Both the position numbers and the translations under genes were made by a program. Shown in pieces: positions 11,432-23,005 of a DNA stretch of 64,000 nucleotides. Position 1 is the stretch's first letter. Each line of letters begins with the position of its first letter. The notes below the pieces were generated by a model, which saw only the letters and a list, made by a program, of their open reading frames with translations, searched no databases and was not told the origin of the DNA. The stretch lies in the NCBI RefSeq assembly GCF_026151205.1, contig NC_087080.1, forward strand, positions 4,874,797 through 4,938,796, given 5' to 3'. The DNA is from Bolinopsis microptera (taxonomy: Eukaryota).

Positions 11432-13039
11432 AGGTTTTCCATTGCATTGGGGCACAAGAGTTATGTTTTTAAAAATATTCATATCGTTTTTAGTTGTGTC
11501 ATTTCATTTCCAATGTTACACTTTGTAGGAACTGATATTAACCGAGTTTCTGATTCAGGATGTTACTGAAGATAGTAATGAAAATGTTTTAACACCTCAG
11601 TACTGTGTTTTACTACAGCTCAACCTGCTCAGTCTGACTATTTGGGAATTTAAACTCTTGATAAGAGTACACGTTAATCTCAGCTACTACTAGTAAGGGT
11701 AGTAACTAAGGGCTATTCGGTAATCTGTCGGTGGACACTTAGCTGGCAAGGAGGCTGGCATATCTGCATAGAGCTCAGTGTACTTGATAAAATGGTCTGT
11801 TCCTTACAATTTGGTTTAGGAAGGCGAGAAGTGAAAAATATACTTTAATTTGGGTAGGGCACGTGATATAAAATTGCAGTTGCAATCTCAATATTCCTCA
11901 AATCTCCCTACAATATTCAGAATCCCCAAATAAAAACAATAAACTCAAAACTCCCTCTCTCTGGCCTAATCTTAAGTCTCCCCAGATAGTCAAAACAATC
12001 CCAAACTCACTGTTTGCGATCTCTAAACAATCTAAACAATCCAAACTAAACTCCCGATAACCAAAACAGAGGTGTTAAAATTAAACATCTATACTACCAT
12101 ACTGAACTAAATATCGTACGCTAAAATCTGCCCTAAAATACTGCGCTAAAATACTGAACAAATGCTGACATACATAAAAACGTAAAATATAGAAAACAAA
12201 ATTAATCAAGATCAGAATATAAACAGTTTCAAGTCTATTGCCATTTTATTATAAGAATATTATCAATCCTTTCCAAGATATCGGCTGGTTATAAATATCA
12301 TAGCATAACGTTCTTTCCACAGAACTGTCGATATAATTGATGCAAAAATGCATTTTGTGTAATTAGGACAAATGGAACGAATGATCTGCCTTTCTAAACT
12401 GGTGTCTCAGAGTATATTGGGTATAAACATCTCCGGAAATAGGCCGAAAGCTCTTAAACCAAATAATCAGAAGAGTAAATTGGTTACTTGCGTTTACCCA
12501 GTATTTCTTCTTCCTCTGTGCTCTTAGATGGATCACGAACGTGTACGTGACCCTGGTCATTAGAAACACCCTTTAAAGTGTACGTGCACACATTTAGACA
12601 CTGTCCAACAAGCCCGACACAGCTCCTTATAATTCCACCAAAACACATTTCGGCGGAAGTCTACCCTAACACTAACTTATATCGAAATGAGATTTTTTAG
12701 ATTGATCCTGAGACGCAGCTCATTTAATAATCTGATAAATTTGTTCATAGATTAATAATGTAAGTAAGTATGGCTTAATGTGCCGTTTATTTGCTTCATT
12801 ATAATTATTAAGAATGACGGTGTAGCAAGTTTTACTGTATTTGTTTTGCCACGTGCCGTTTGTTTTCCTTGTACTATATAGAAAGTGTTCATCGGCAACA
12901 ACTAATAAAAATTATGTACATATATGCAAGTAATTATAATAATTTATAGACAATCTGACATACCCACAAACATAGGGTTAATTTGTCTATGAACTTATAA
13001 AGTATGGCTTAAGCTAAGTGCAAACACAGTAATGATTCT

Positions 13040-13310
13040 GTACAGCTCGTCTTGAGAGGATTCTGTGACAGCGAACGATCCCATAAGCCATAACTGAGAC
13101 TTTGCACCACTGAGATTTTGCATGATTTTGCTCTTCATCATGGAGAGTCTCCATGCTGTATTGCAGTTATAACTAATTTAATTGAACATTTTATTTAGAC
13201 TTTTTTGTCCGTCAAGTGTCCATCAACTGTAACTTGAAGTTAAGTTTCCACTTTCCATTTTCCTCGTTAGTTAAGAGTCCCATAAGTGTCTCTTTTTAAA
13301 TGTCCGTCAG
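13040..13310 (+). mobile_element. 3' tail of a 5'-truncated copy of the LINE below
   Basis: 13045-13090 (gagaggattctgtgacagcgaacgatcccataa) and 13200-13300 match the 3' UTR of the full-length LINE at 18655-18870. Confidence 0.45.
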
Positions 13311-14139
13311 AAAAAAATGAATTACCTTTTGGCACTTAGCCATGCCAGCCAAATGGGGTGACTCTGAATATTGAAGTCTAAATAATGCAACAGAACTCAG
13401 TTATTGTGCACAGTTCGTCAGATGTGCTGTTTGTTTTGCTTCATTATATTTATAACTCGAAAGTCGAATCAGTAGCAAAAAATCTGTACAGCAAAGTGCA
13501 CACTCAACACCTCTCTGCTATTGAGGTACTAATGATCATGCCGGCAAATTTTAAATTTATTGAATAGTTGTTGAAATATTTGGTACGACGTTTTACACTA
13601 ACATAGTTAGTGTCGATAAAAACGAGTTTCTTGTAGTATCTGTAAATTTACCAGTCCAATTGAGCAGAGTAACATCATTATAGCATGTAGATTCCACCAC
13701 CGGTTGGCTGGCAAGGAGGCTGGCACATCTACCCTGAGCTCAGTATACTGACAGCCTTTCTGCCAGCCAACCGTTGCCTAGCTGCAAAGTAATGAGATAA
13801 TAGCGTGAGAGCTAACGCGTCTGCCAGCCAAACGGGGTATCTCTGAATATTCATGTATAAATAATGCAGCACAACTCAGTTATTATGCACAGTTCGTTGG
13901 TTGTGCTGTTTGTTTTGCTAAATTTATTTCGTTTTTAATTTCCAGTCACTTTCATTAATTAATTATTATTTTTGCAGTTTTGTTACGTGTTGAAAACAGA
14001 GCTCCCTTATCTCTGTTATATCGGCAATTTTTAACTGCCAGTTGCCCCTGCTACTGCACATTGTTGGTGCTGTGCCTTTAACGGTACTATACAAGTACTA
14101 TACAAGTACAATTTATACACACTGGAAAAGCCCGCTGAT

Positions 14140-15516
14140 ATGAAAGGTGGTGAAAATCATTTGTTGGGACCAACGTCAGACGTCCAATTAGAGACTGTAT
14201 CAGAAACTTCACAGACCTCTCAGGAAATTGTTACTACCCGACCTCAGGAAAGTGTTTCTTCAGATCTGTTGAACTATGCTATCATTTCTAATGGTCAGTG
14301 TTCATCGTGTTCGGATAGTAAAGCAGGAGATAAAGCGTTACCTTGCTGGGAATGCGATAGATTATATCATGCTGTTTGTGTGAAGGAAGATGGTACTGAA
14401 AAAGATGGTAAAGACATAATCTGCCCATCTTCATTCTTTAACAGCTTTATTAAGGCTTCCAACAAAGATGGTGTGTTTGCTAGAAGGCATGGTAACTTTA
14501 CATTTGTGTGTGATTTTTGTAAAGTTAACAAAGGAAAGAAAAAAGCTGCTAATAAATCAGATAAATTTACTCTTTTGGACCACAAAATTGATGCAGTCAA
14601 CAATTCTTTATTGTTGGAGTTAAAAGAGCTAAAAACCATGATATCCCAAAACAAGAGTGCAGCTACACATCAAACTTCATCAATCTCTGAGTCTAACAAC
14701 GAATATAATCCTTGGAATGATAAGCAGAGAACAGAAAACATGAAAAAAGTGGTTTCAGTACAAAAGGACAGTCAAGGTAAACTCATCAGTTCAAAAAAAC
14801 TAGAAAAGATTTGTATTGAGAACGGCCTCTCAGTAAGTAGTACCTTCCACTTGCAGAAATCTGATACTACTGGAATTGTTCTCAATTCTCAACACGATGT
14901 TGATGTTCTGACTAAACAACTCAAAGATGAGCAGCATTCTGTTGTAAAAGTATCAACAAGAGTACCAACTGTCCACATTGTAGGATTATCAAGAGAATAT
15001 ACCGTGGAGGAACTAAAATCTATGCTTGAAAAACAAAATCCTGGGATATCAAAGCTTCTCGATAGTTCTTCTACTTCTAATGATGATAAAATGATCGAAA
15101 TCTTGGCTGTTAAACCTCTCAAAAACAATAAAGACATCTTTAAGGCTATTGTAAAAGTCAGCAATGTTATTAGATCCATAATTGCTCAGCAAGGGAACAA
15201 GGTGTTTATTGGATACCAGTCTATGTGTAAAGTCTATGACAGTATCTTTGTTCTTAGATGTTTCAATTGCCAGGAGTATGGTCATTACAGCAAAGAATGT
15301 AAAAATAAAGCTGATCCAGTTTGTGGGTTTTGCTCTGAAAATCATGAATCACGAGATTGCTTAAAAAAGACTGATGATCATGTTTTCAAGTGTTGTCACT
15401 GTGTCAGAGCAAAAAACAATGATACTAATCATCACACTGGAGACCCCAGATGTTCTGTATTTGTGGAACATCAGAAAAGAATAAAGAAGACAATTCCTTT
15501 TTATCAAAGCAAATGA
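14140..15516 (+). CDS. LINE ORF1 protein (nucleic-acid-binding, three CCHC zinc knuckles)
   Basis: CFNCQEYGHYSKEC, CGFCSENHESRDC, CCHCVRAKNND near the C-terminus. 458-aa ORF. Confidence 0.8.
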   Translation: MKGGENHLLGPTSDVQLETVSETSQTSQEIVTTRPQESVSSDLLNYAIISNGQCSSCSDSKAGDKALPCWECDRLYHAVCVKEDGTEKDGKDIICPSSFFNSFIKASNKDGVFARRHGNFTFVCDFCKVNKGKKKAANKSDKFTLLDHKIDAVNNSLLLELKELKTMISQNKSAATHQTSSISESNNEYNPWNDKQRTENMKKVVSVQKDSQGKLISSKKLEKICIENGLSVSSTFHLQKSDTTGIVLNSQHDVDVLTKQLKDEQHSVVKVSTRVPTVHIVGLSREYTVEELKSMLEKQNPGISKLLDSSSTSNDDKMIEILAVKPLKNNKDIFKAIVKVSNVIRSIIAQQGNKVFIGYQSMCKVYDSIFVLRCFNCQEYGHYSKECKNKADPVCGFCSENHESRDCLKKTDDHVFKCCHCVRAKNNDTNHHTGDPRCSVFVEHQKRIKKTIPFYQSK

Positions 15517-18365
15517 TCAGATCCAATGAATCGTCAGATTTCAACCTCCTTCTCTTTAATCCTAGATCAATCAACAACAAAGCTGATCTTTTTGTGAGCC
15601 TTTTGGAGGACAAAAATATTGATATTGCTGCTGTTTGTGAGACGTGGCTGACTAGCAACTCATCAGTAACCACTGCTATTATTAAGGAACGAGGTTACTC
15701 ACTCCACCATAATTATAGGCTTAACGAGAGGGGTGGTGGCACTGCACTCATATTTCGGTCAAATTTAACGTGCTCTATGGAAAAGAGTAGGATAGTATTC
15801 AAACATTTCGAACTCACAATGGGAAAAGTTAAGACCAGCTCTAATAAGATTCTTTTTGTTGTAATGTACAGGACTGGCCCTTTAACCTCTGCTTTTACAC
15901 AGGAACTTGACCTTCTTCTCTCTGATATTTCTACTCGCTGTGATAATATTGTCCTGGCCGGAGATCTCAACATACACTTTGATGGTAACAACAGGGTTGC
16001 ATCTGATACTCTAAAGATACTCAGATCATATGGTCTTCATGCTCTGTATGATCGTTCAACACACATTGGTGGTGCATGTCTAGATCAGTTATTTACTTTC
16101 TCGCTGAACAACCATCTTCATTGCAATAATGTGTTTATTGACAATAGCGATACACTAGGCTCAGATCACTTTCCTATAATCTGTAACATAAGCAACACTT
16201 TAGGAAAGAAATATTTCAAATCAATTGAATTCAGAGATATTAAAGCTGTAGACAAGGATACCTTTTCACGTGACCTTAATGATGTTCTTGATCAGTTTGA
16301 TGTTTCAGAATCATTTGAGACTTCTGTAGTGAGTCTTGATGCCTCTATAGTGAACCTTCTTGATGTTTATGCTCCATTAATTAGCAAAAGAGTGTCAGTA
16401 GTGGATAAAGCTCCATGGTTTGATAAGGAATATAGAGATCTGAGAAAACTTCGTCGTCGAGCCGAGAAAAAGAAAAATAGATCTGAGGGACACTTTCTGC
16501 ACTACAAAGAACTCTGTCATGAGGCTACTACACTAGCTTTGACTAAAAAGAAAGATTTCTTGGAAACTGTTATCAATAAGTCAGAGAATAAAACTCGAAC
16601 TCTCTATCAAGTTGTCAATAAGGTAATGGATCGTAAACAAAGTAGAATTCTACCTGACTACACTGATAATATTGAACTACTTGCATCTGACTTCAACAAG
16701 TTCTTCTCTGAAAAGGTTGAAAAGATTCGTGATAACATACCTGTTACCTCTATACCAGATTGCACTGATACTACTGTAACACCCCTCTTCGAATTTGAAC
16801 CAACCTGTATCTCAGAACTTGAAGATATAATCAAGGAAAGTGGAATCAATTGTTCACCTAATGACTGTTTACCACAAGATCTTGTTAAGGATAATATCAC
16901 TTCCCTATTGCATGTTTGGGTTGATCTTGTTAACCAATCGCTGTCCACCGGCAGTATGGATGGTGTTAAACTGGCTGACGTTATTCCCCTAGTGAAAGAT
17001 GAGTCTCAGGATCCGAATATACTGAAAAACTACAGACCTGTCTCCAACCTTACATTCCTGGGAAAATTAATTGAGAGAGTAGTTTTGAGAAGACTTAACG
17101 AGCACCTTAGTCGGAATAATCTGAATTGTCAGGAACAATTTGCCTACAAGAAACACCACAGCACAGAAACTCTCTTGATAAAAATCGTTAATGATGTCCT
17201 TATTGCTGCAGATGAAAAAACAGCTACTGTTGTTATGCTGTTGGACCTCAGTGCAGCCTTTGATACTGTGGATCATAATTTACTTCTGAAGATCTTGAGG
17301 CAAGAAATAGGAATAAGGGGGTCAGCTCTGAGTTGGTTCACCAGCTTCCTAACAGGACGTTGTCAGCGTATCAGACTTGGTAAATCAGTCTCTGAAACCA
17401 TAATTTTACGTTTTGGAGTACCTCAGGGCTCTGTGCTAGGCCCTGTACTTTTCAACATCTATATTAGATCATTGTACAGCTGTGTAAAAGAATCTGGGTT
17501 TTCTATTATTGGTTATGCAGACGATCATCAAATTATGAAATCTTTCAAACCCTCAGATCAGGTGAAAACCTTAACAAACCAACTGAGAAATTGTTTCTTG
17601 AGGATAAAGAATTGGATGTCTCAATATTATCTGCAATTAAATGACTCTAAAACTCAGCTTATAGTCTTTGGACCTAGAAAGGTACTAAATGAGATTGAAC
17701 TTCATGGGGTTGAAATTGCTCCTAACACATTAGTTATGTTTGTCCCCACCATTAAGAATCTAGGGTTGGTTATGGACAATCAACTAGTTTTTGATAAACA
17801 AATTATAAATCTCAAGAAGAAATGCTTTCATACCTTGCGCAATATCAGGAAAATCCGCTTCCTTTTGAATCTCAAACAGATTAAAGTCATCGTCAACAGT
17901 CTAGTGGTATCATGTCTAGATTATTGTAACGGTTTATATTTTGGTATTGGCGAGAAGCTTTTACATCAGCTTCAGTTACTACAAAATGCTGCTGCAAAAG
18001 CCGTTACTGGTAAATATAAGCATGACCACCTGGAAGACGACCTGACTAATCTTCACTGGCTGGATGTAAAGAAAAGGATTGTGTTCAAAATATTACTGTT
18101 GTCTCACAAATCATTATTAGGGCTCGCTCCAACGTATATTCAAGACATGTTTCGGTACACTCATCATGGTCACACATTGAAACTTATGGTTCCATCGTTC
18201 AACTCTAAGTTTGGCGAGCGAAGCTTCTCAGTCGTGGCTCCAAAGATCTACAACCGTCTGCCTACTACCATCACATCAGCTGAATCCCTGGAATCTTTTA
18301 AAGCATTTCTAAAAACTTTCTTATTTAAACTGTCTCAGCATGAACTTGAAAAACTATATCAATGA
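15450..18365 (+). CDS. LINE ORF2 protein (APE endonuclease + reverse transcriptase)
   Basis: 971-aa ORF. N-terminal EEP endonuclease motifs, RT motifs FDTV / YADD. Overlaps the ORF1 3' end (15450-15516) in a different frame. Confidence 0.85.
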   Translation: MFCICGTSEKNKEDNSFLSKQMIRSNESSDFNLLLFNPRSINNKADLFVSLLEDKNIDIAAVCETWLTSNSSVTTAIIKERGYSLHHNYRLNERGGGTALIFRSNLTCSMEKSRIVFKHFELTMGKVKTSSNKILFVVMYRTGPLTSAFTQELDLLLSDISTRCDNIVLAGDLNIHFDGNNRVASDTLKILRSYGLHALYDRSTHIGGACLDQLFTFSLNNHLHCNNVFIDNSDTLGSDHFPIICNISNTLGKKYFKSIEFRDIKAVDKDTFSRDLNDVLDQFDVSESFETSVVSLDASIVNLLDVYAPLISKRVSVVDKAPWFDKEYRDLRKLRRRAEKKKNRSEGHFLHYKELCHEATTLALTKKKDFLETVINKSENKTRTLYQVVNKVMDRKQSRILPDYTDNIELLASDFNKFFSEKVEKIRDNIPVTSIPDCTDTTVTPLFEFEPTCISELEDIIKESGINCSPNDCLPQDLVKDNITSLLHVWVDLVNQSLSTGSMDGVKLADVIPLVKDESQDPNILKNYRPVSNLTFLGKLIERVVLRRLNEHLSRNNLNCQEQFAYKKHHSTETLLIKIVNDVLIAADEKTATVVMLLDLSAAFDTVDHNLLLKILRQEIGIRGSALSWFTSFLTGRCQRIRLGKSVSETIILRFGVPQGSVLGPVLFNIYIRSLYSCVKESGFSIIGYADDHQIMKSFKPSDQVKTLTNQLRNCFLRIKNWMSQYYLQLNDSKTQLIVFGPRKVLNEIELHGVEIAPNTLVMFVPTIKNLGLVMDNQLVFDKQIINLKKKCFHTLRNIRKIRFLLNLKQIKVIVNSLVVSCLDYCNGLYFGIGEKLLHQLQLLQNAAAKAVTGKYKHDHLEDDLTNLHWLDVKKRIVFKILLLSHKSLLGLAPTYIQDMFRYTHHGHTLKLMVPSFNSKFGERSFSVVAPKIYNRLPTTITSAESLESFKAFLKTFLFKLSQHELEKLYQ

Positions 18366-19129
18366 CTGATTTTGGCCTATATTTAGTGTTAGTTCTTTAG
18401 TTTTAAGTTTCACTCATATGAACGATATATTTTCAAGTATTTGATAGCAGTCCTAACTTTTATCATGATAGTTTCTGGGATGACTAGATTAAACACTGCT
18501 GAGTATAAGTTTATCTTAATAGTGGTTTTCTTAAACTTCAATTTATTATTATTAATGCAAGGCATTTTAATTTCATTCCCCACTCCCCAGTTTGCATCAA
18601 ATATTAGGTTTCAGACAGACTGCAGTGCGCACATTATTTACCGTGTAGCTCCTTTTGAGAGGATTTAGTGACAACGAACGATCCCATAATTGAATTGTTG
18701 CATTATTTTTCTCTCCGTACTATATTAAAGTTCCTGTTCCGATCATTTAGAGCGTTCAGACTTTATTCCCTCGAGTGTTCATTTTATTTTAAGTTTCCTT
18801 TTCCTTTAAGAGTCGTTGTGTTAAAAGCCCCCTCAGTATTCAGTGAGAGCCCTGAAGTGTCTGTTACCTAACATGTCTAGTTAAATTTCCATCAGCAGAA
18901 AATTGTCCCGAATATCATGACGGGATGACGCTATTTCATTAATTACTTTTAAACAGATTTAACCGAACGTAACACGTTTATAAAGATGATAAACATCCAA
19001 TTTGCTGTGTTTTTTCATTTCTAACACCACATTTGATGTTTCATTTCATTATCATTACCATAGTTTTGCAACACAATAACAATAGATACTGAACTATTTG
19101 CTCCTTTAGAATAAAGATTTTCTCCAGTG

Positions 19130-19400
19130 ATGTGGCTAGCAGCTCTTATCCTGATTACAGCACTAATAGCAGTGATACCAGTACTTCTAAAAAGGTTCAA
19201 ACAAGGCAAATCTCAGTCTCAACATCGAGATGAAGCCCAAATTCCGCTGAGTGTAAACTACCATCTCACCAGAAAATGCAACTACGAATGCAAGTTTTGC
19301 TTCCATCAAGCAAAAACGTCTTATCATCTGCCCATCGAAGAAGCTAAACGAGGTATCAGAATGCTGGTTGATGCTGGAATGAAAAAGATCAACTTCTCTG
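19130..19400 (+). CDS. RSAD2: Viperin (RSAD2) exon 1: N-terminal amphipathic helix plus radical-SAM CxxxCxxC
   Basis: MWLAALILITALIAVIPVLLKRF..SVNYHLTRKCNYECKFCFHQAKTSYHLPIEEAKRGIRMLVDAGMKKINFSG matches vertebrate viperin ([41 protein letters not shown]). Donor g|gtgagac. Confidence 0.85.
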
Positions 19401-19601
19401 GTGAGACAGCTTTACCATCAATCCGAAAATATATTTCTGAAAATATAAAAAAGTGTTGTTAATTTGCTACAAATTGTACAAATGAATACATTCAATAGAA
19501 TATAAGCTGGCTGCATCTATAGTGATTCAAGTAATCCACATTTAAAGACGTTTGCTATTAAACTGAGGGAAAACAGCATCTTTACAAATGTTACTTATCA
19601 G

Positions 19602-19809
19602 GAGGGGAACCGTTTATCGTTGACAGAGGAAGGTACGTAGGTGAACTGGTTAAATACTCAAAACAAGAGTTGGGTATGGAGAGTGTAACGCTAGTGTCAA
19701 ACGGGAGTCTGATTAAGGAGAAGTGGTTCCAGGAGTACGGTAGCTATCTGGATATCATGGCTATCTCCTGTGATAGTTCGGAGCCTGATACGCTGAAATC
19801 TATAGGAAG
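19602..19809 (+). CDS. RSAD2: Viperin exon 2
   Basis: [69 protein letters not shown], versus human [51 protein letters not shown]. Acceptor atcag|, donor ag|gtaaga. Confidence 0.85.
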
Positions 19810-20065
19810 GTAAGACTCGCTATTGAGACCAACATTTTCAACGAATATCGCTAATCGTTAATCCATTAACATTTTACAAGCGTAATATTTTTTGTGTATA
19901 ATATTATATAGTTGAGATTTGGGTAAAGTCTGAGAATGATTATAATAATTTTTGAACTTTATCTAAATATCAACTTAATAGCGAGCGGTTAGGATTATTA
20001 ATTTCGAAGTTTCTTAACTTTATAAATAGTGGGCGGACCGATTCCCTAACGGATCGAATCCCTGC

Positions 20066-20131
20066 AACTTACACTAACTTACACTAACTTACACTAACTT
20101 ACACTAACTTACACTAACTTACACTAACTTA
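20066..20131. repeat. (ACACTAACTT)n, about 6.5 copies, in viperin intron 2
   Basis: Direct visual tandem repeat. Confidence 0.9.
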
Positions 20132-20254
20132 GTTAGCTGGAAAGTGGAGACATTGATCTATATAAAATTCGGATCGAAAGAAATAACCCAATTACATATT
20201 TGTCACATAATTATAACTCATAATTACCTGATCTTGCCTCAATGCCGCCTCAAG

Positions 20255-20414
20255 GTACGCTAAACGTACGGAACACCTACAACAACTACAACTAATACAT
20301 GATATGTGTGAGAAGTATGAAATCCTGTTTAAAATCAACACGGTGGTGTGCTCGGCTAACTGGCACGAGGATCTTTCCGAGATGATCGGAACACTGGGTC
20401 CAGTGCGCTGGAAG
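20255..20414 (+). CDS. RSAD2: Viperin exon 3
   Basis: YAKRTEHLQQLQLIHDMCEKYEILFKINTVVCSANWHEDLSEMIGTLGPVRWK, versus human [35 protein letters not shown]. Phase consistent with exon 2. Donor aag|gtcagt. Confidence 0.8.
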
Positions 20415-20616
20415 GTCAGTTACGTGAATATTTAGAAACATTATTAAACCTACATTATATTGTAATTTTGGCCACAACTTCTGTTTACTTTATTCTAGTG
20501 AAAAGAGTCTAAAACAAGTTCTGCAAAATCTTTTTTGTCGTCGTACCAAAAGACTTTGTTAAAATATCATGAACCTTTACAAAGAAACCTGCTGAAACAT
20601 TCCTTAAACCATACAG

Positions 20617-20816
20617 GTATTCCAGTGTCTCCTTATCGAAGGAGAGAACTGCGGGGACATAGACCCGGTAAAGAAGATGCGGGACGCTACTGACCAGGTC
20701 GTGACAAGGGAACAGTTCCAACACTTCCTCAACACGCACAGAAATGTGAAGTGTCTTGTACCAGAGTCCAATGAAGCAATGCGAAACTCTTACCTCATAT
20801 TGGATGAGTACATGAG
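20617..20816 (+). CDS. RSAD2: Viperin exon 4
   Basis: [66 protein letters not shown], versus human [62 protein letters not shown]. Confidence 0.85.
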
Positions 20817-21021
20817 GTTTTTTATACACGTGTTATTTTCAAATTATTCTGTTTTTTAAACTTTCTTGTTAATGTATCCCTCATTTCCAAAATACTCGAG
20901 TAATATAATATATATATAATATAAACTGAAATAATACCTATTTAATTCATATTTAGCAAGTTCACAAATTTTCTTTTCTATTTTCGTTAACAGACTTTTA
21001 ATTTTTGTTAAACTATTTCAG

Positions 21022-21181
21022 ATTCTTAAACAACACAAAGGGTCGCAAAGATCCAACTAAATCTATCCTGGACATCGGAGTTGAGGGAGCTATGGAGGGA
21101 AGTGGGTACGATCACAAAGAATTCATTAAACGAGGTGGAAAGTACGAATGGTCCAAGAAAAGTTCAGAACTGGAGTGGTGA
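21022..21181 (+). CDS. RSAD2: Viperin exon 5 (C-terminus, stop TGA at 21179-21181)
   Basis: [53 protein letters not shown], versus human [53 protein letters not shown]. Total CDS 999 nt, all exon phases consistent. Confidence 0.85.
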
Positions 21182-21555
21182 TATTGAAATGTAGTGAACT
21201 GTGAAGTTGAACACTATCATATTACTATCAGCGGATGAGAGTTATACTTACAGATATTGTTTAATTTGTAGAGACTTTGTTTTATATTTTATTTTATATT
21301 ACCTGTTTAAGTGCAGCTATAACTGGACATTTTATATTTTTATTTTTATTGTTGATGAATATATAACTATTCAATTTGAAATATTGCCTAAACTGAGCTG
21401 CCTATGTGTTTTTAAAAACAATTACTATAAATCACTTCAAATAAATGTAGACTGTTTAAAGTAAAATGTAAACAAGAATTTCCAATCAACAAACAACACC
21501 GGATAAGAGTACAACCTTTATGGCATTATGCCAAACAACAAGTTTCAATATCAAG

Positions 21556-22210
21556 TGCCTTTTTGGGTCATTCGAGCGGATACCATGGCCTATTGGGCGC
21601 CTATCAGACGCCTATCGGGCGCCTTGCCATGGCCAATACTACGGCACATTTTGTTTGACCGTTTTACAACTTGAAGGTACGTGACACGATCAATTTTTGG
21701 ACTGATTTTACTTGTATATTATAAATAAGAATGCATCGATTGTCACACAACATAAATGTATCATAAATTGTAGTACTATGAAATCGATTGTCACACAACA
21801 TAAAATGTATTATAAATTGTACTATAAAATCATGTATTCTAATTAAATAATATCTCCAGAAAGGATGGCGTCCCTTTTCTTGCAAACTAATGCAGGCTTT
21901 TTCAGTTCCGCATCCATGGACGGTAGTGATCCAAAGGAGTCCGAAAGTGCAGATGAGTTCATCGTTAAGGGTAGAAGATGTAAACAAGGATGTGTAGATA
22001 GTAAATGCGATGTGAACAGGATTACTTTTTGCCTTATAAACTCAGCTAGTTACAGGTGATTGCATGATAATGCTCACTGATCTGGTGCTGCTTGCTACGG
22101 TGGCTCGCGTCACTGAGATCACATATACCCGGCTATATCGGTATCTTGATTGCATGAGAGTCCTCCCGATAGGCGCCCGATAGGCCATGGTATCCGCTCG
22201 AATGACCCCT
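21556..22210. mobile_element. Non-autonomous TIR element (MITE-like, about 655 bp) with 41-bp terminal inverted repeats
   Basis: gggtcattcgagcggataccatggcctattgggcgcctatc at 21556-21596 is the reverse complement of gataggcgcccgataggccatggtatccgctcgaatgaccc at 22170-22210. Internal 50-bp direct duplicate (cgattgtcacacaacataaa..tgtat.ataaattgta). Flanked by T-runs (cttttt / ctttttg, possible TSD). Confidence 0.5.
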
Positions 22211-22982
22211 TTTTGTTTAAAACTTCTTTCAAACTCTTAAGGGGCCATCTACTTAGGACGTCCGTCAAATAGGGAGGGAGGTGGTTTTGGAATTTCGGAC
22301 AAACCCGTACAGGGGGAGGGGGGTGGTCTGAAAATCTGCGATTTTGGTGGACGTCCTAAATGGTTTAGACTGCTGCGTTATTTCTGAATAAATCGGTGTT
22401 TTTATATAGTGGAGAAACTCAGGACAACAGAAATAACTCAGGACAACAGAAATAAGACTAGTCAATAAAATTTCATTCAGTTAAGTTTAGAGGCGCCTCA
22501 TCTGTCAACAAAACCTTCTCAGATCATTATTATTCTCGCCAAATATTCAAAATGGCGAAACAACTTATTCGTCATTTGCGTCATCTCAATCAAGGAGTCA
22601 TCAAATGATTTTACTATATCATTTAAAAAATGATCTTTTTATATTATATATATAACTAGTGTAACCCGGCCTACGGCCGGGATTTCACTGCCGCAGTTAA
22701 AAAGGGTAGGAGTAATTACCCGCTGAGTCAAAACCCGCATTAGGTGACCCAATAGTTTCTTAAACAATAATCTCATAATCAGTTATTTCTTGTGGATAAT
22801 TTAATCATTATTAGGCACCACATTCCATGATCATAAGGTCTGAACACCGAGTATTACACCTCATCACTCCCGTCCTGAACCGCTTTCTATTTTTATTTAA
22901 ATCGTTATAGAAATTAACCCTTGTTAACTCCGCACCACACCCGCATATTATATTTGAAAACACGCATAACATTGTCGTATGA

Positions 22983-23005
22983 ACTCTCTCTCTCTCTCTC
23001 TCTGC
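22983..23005. repeat. (CT)n microsatellite
   Basis: ctctctctctctctctctctctg. Confidence 0.9.

Larger units (their letters stand above)
8527..11800 (+). mobile_element. Penelope-like retroelement (PLE), degenerate: one RT-GIY-YIG ORF split by a frameshift and stops
   Basis: Two adjacent + ORFs carry a KADKGGA-type motif, RT YIDDGCG, and a C-terminal GIY-YIG-like VVYIFSC...CYVGRT...R..EH. A 70-bp motif ggctggcaaggaggctggca flanks the element in inverted orientation (8527-8600 reverse-complemented, 11730-11800 direct). Confidence 0.75.
13311..18890 (+). mobile_element. Full-length non-LTR retrotransposon (Jockey/CR1-like LINE) with intact ORF1 and ORF2
   Basis: ORF1 has 3 CCHC knuckles. ORF2 has an APE-type endonuclease (AAVCETWL) and RT (LLDLSAAFDTVDH, GYADDHQIM) with no RNase H. 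ORF1 and ORF2 overlap. The 5' UTR has about 120-bp direct repeats (13330-13450 and 13810-13930). Confidence 0.75.

Noticed and set aside
18890-19129. Interferon-stimulated response element (GAAANNGAAA) in the viperin promoter
   Set aside because: Only weak partial matches (gaaaattgtcc). Not convincing without a motif scan.
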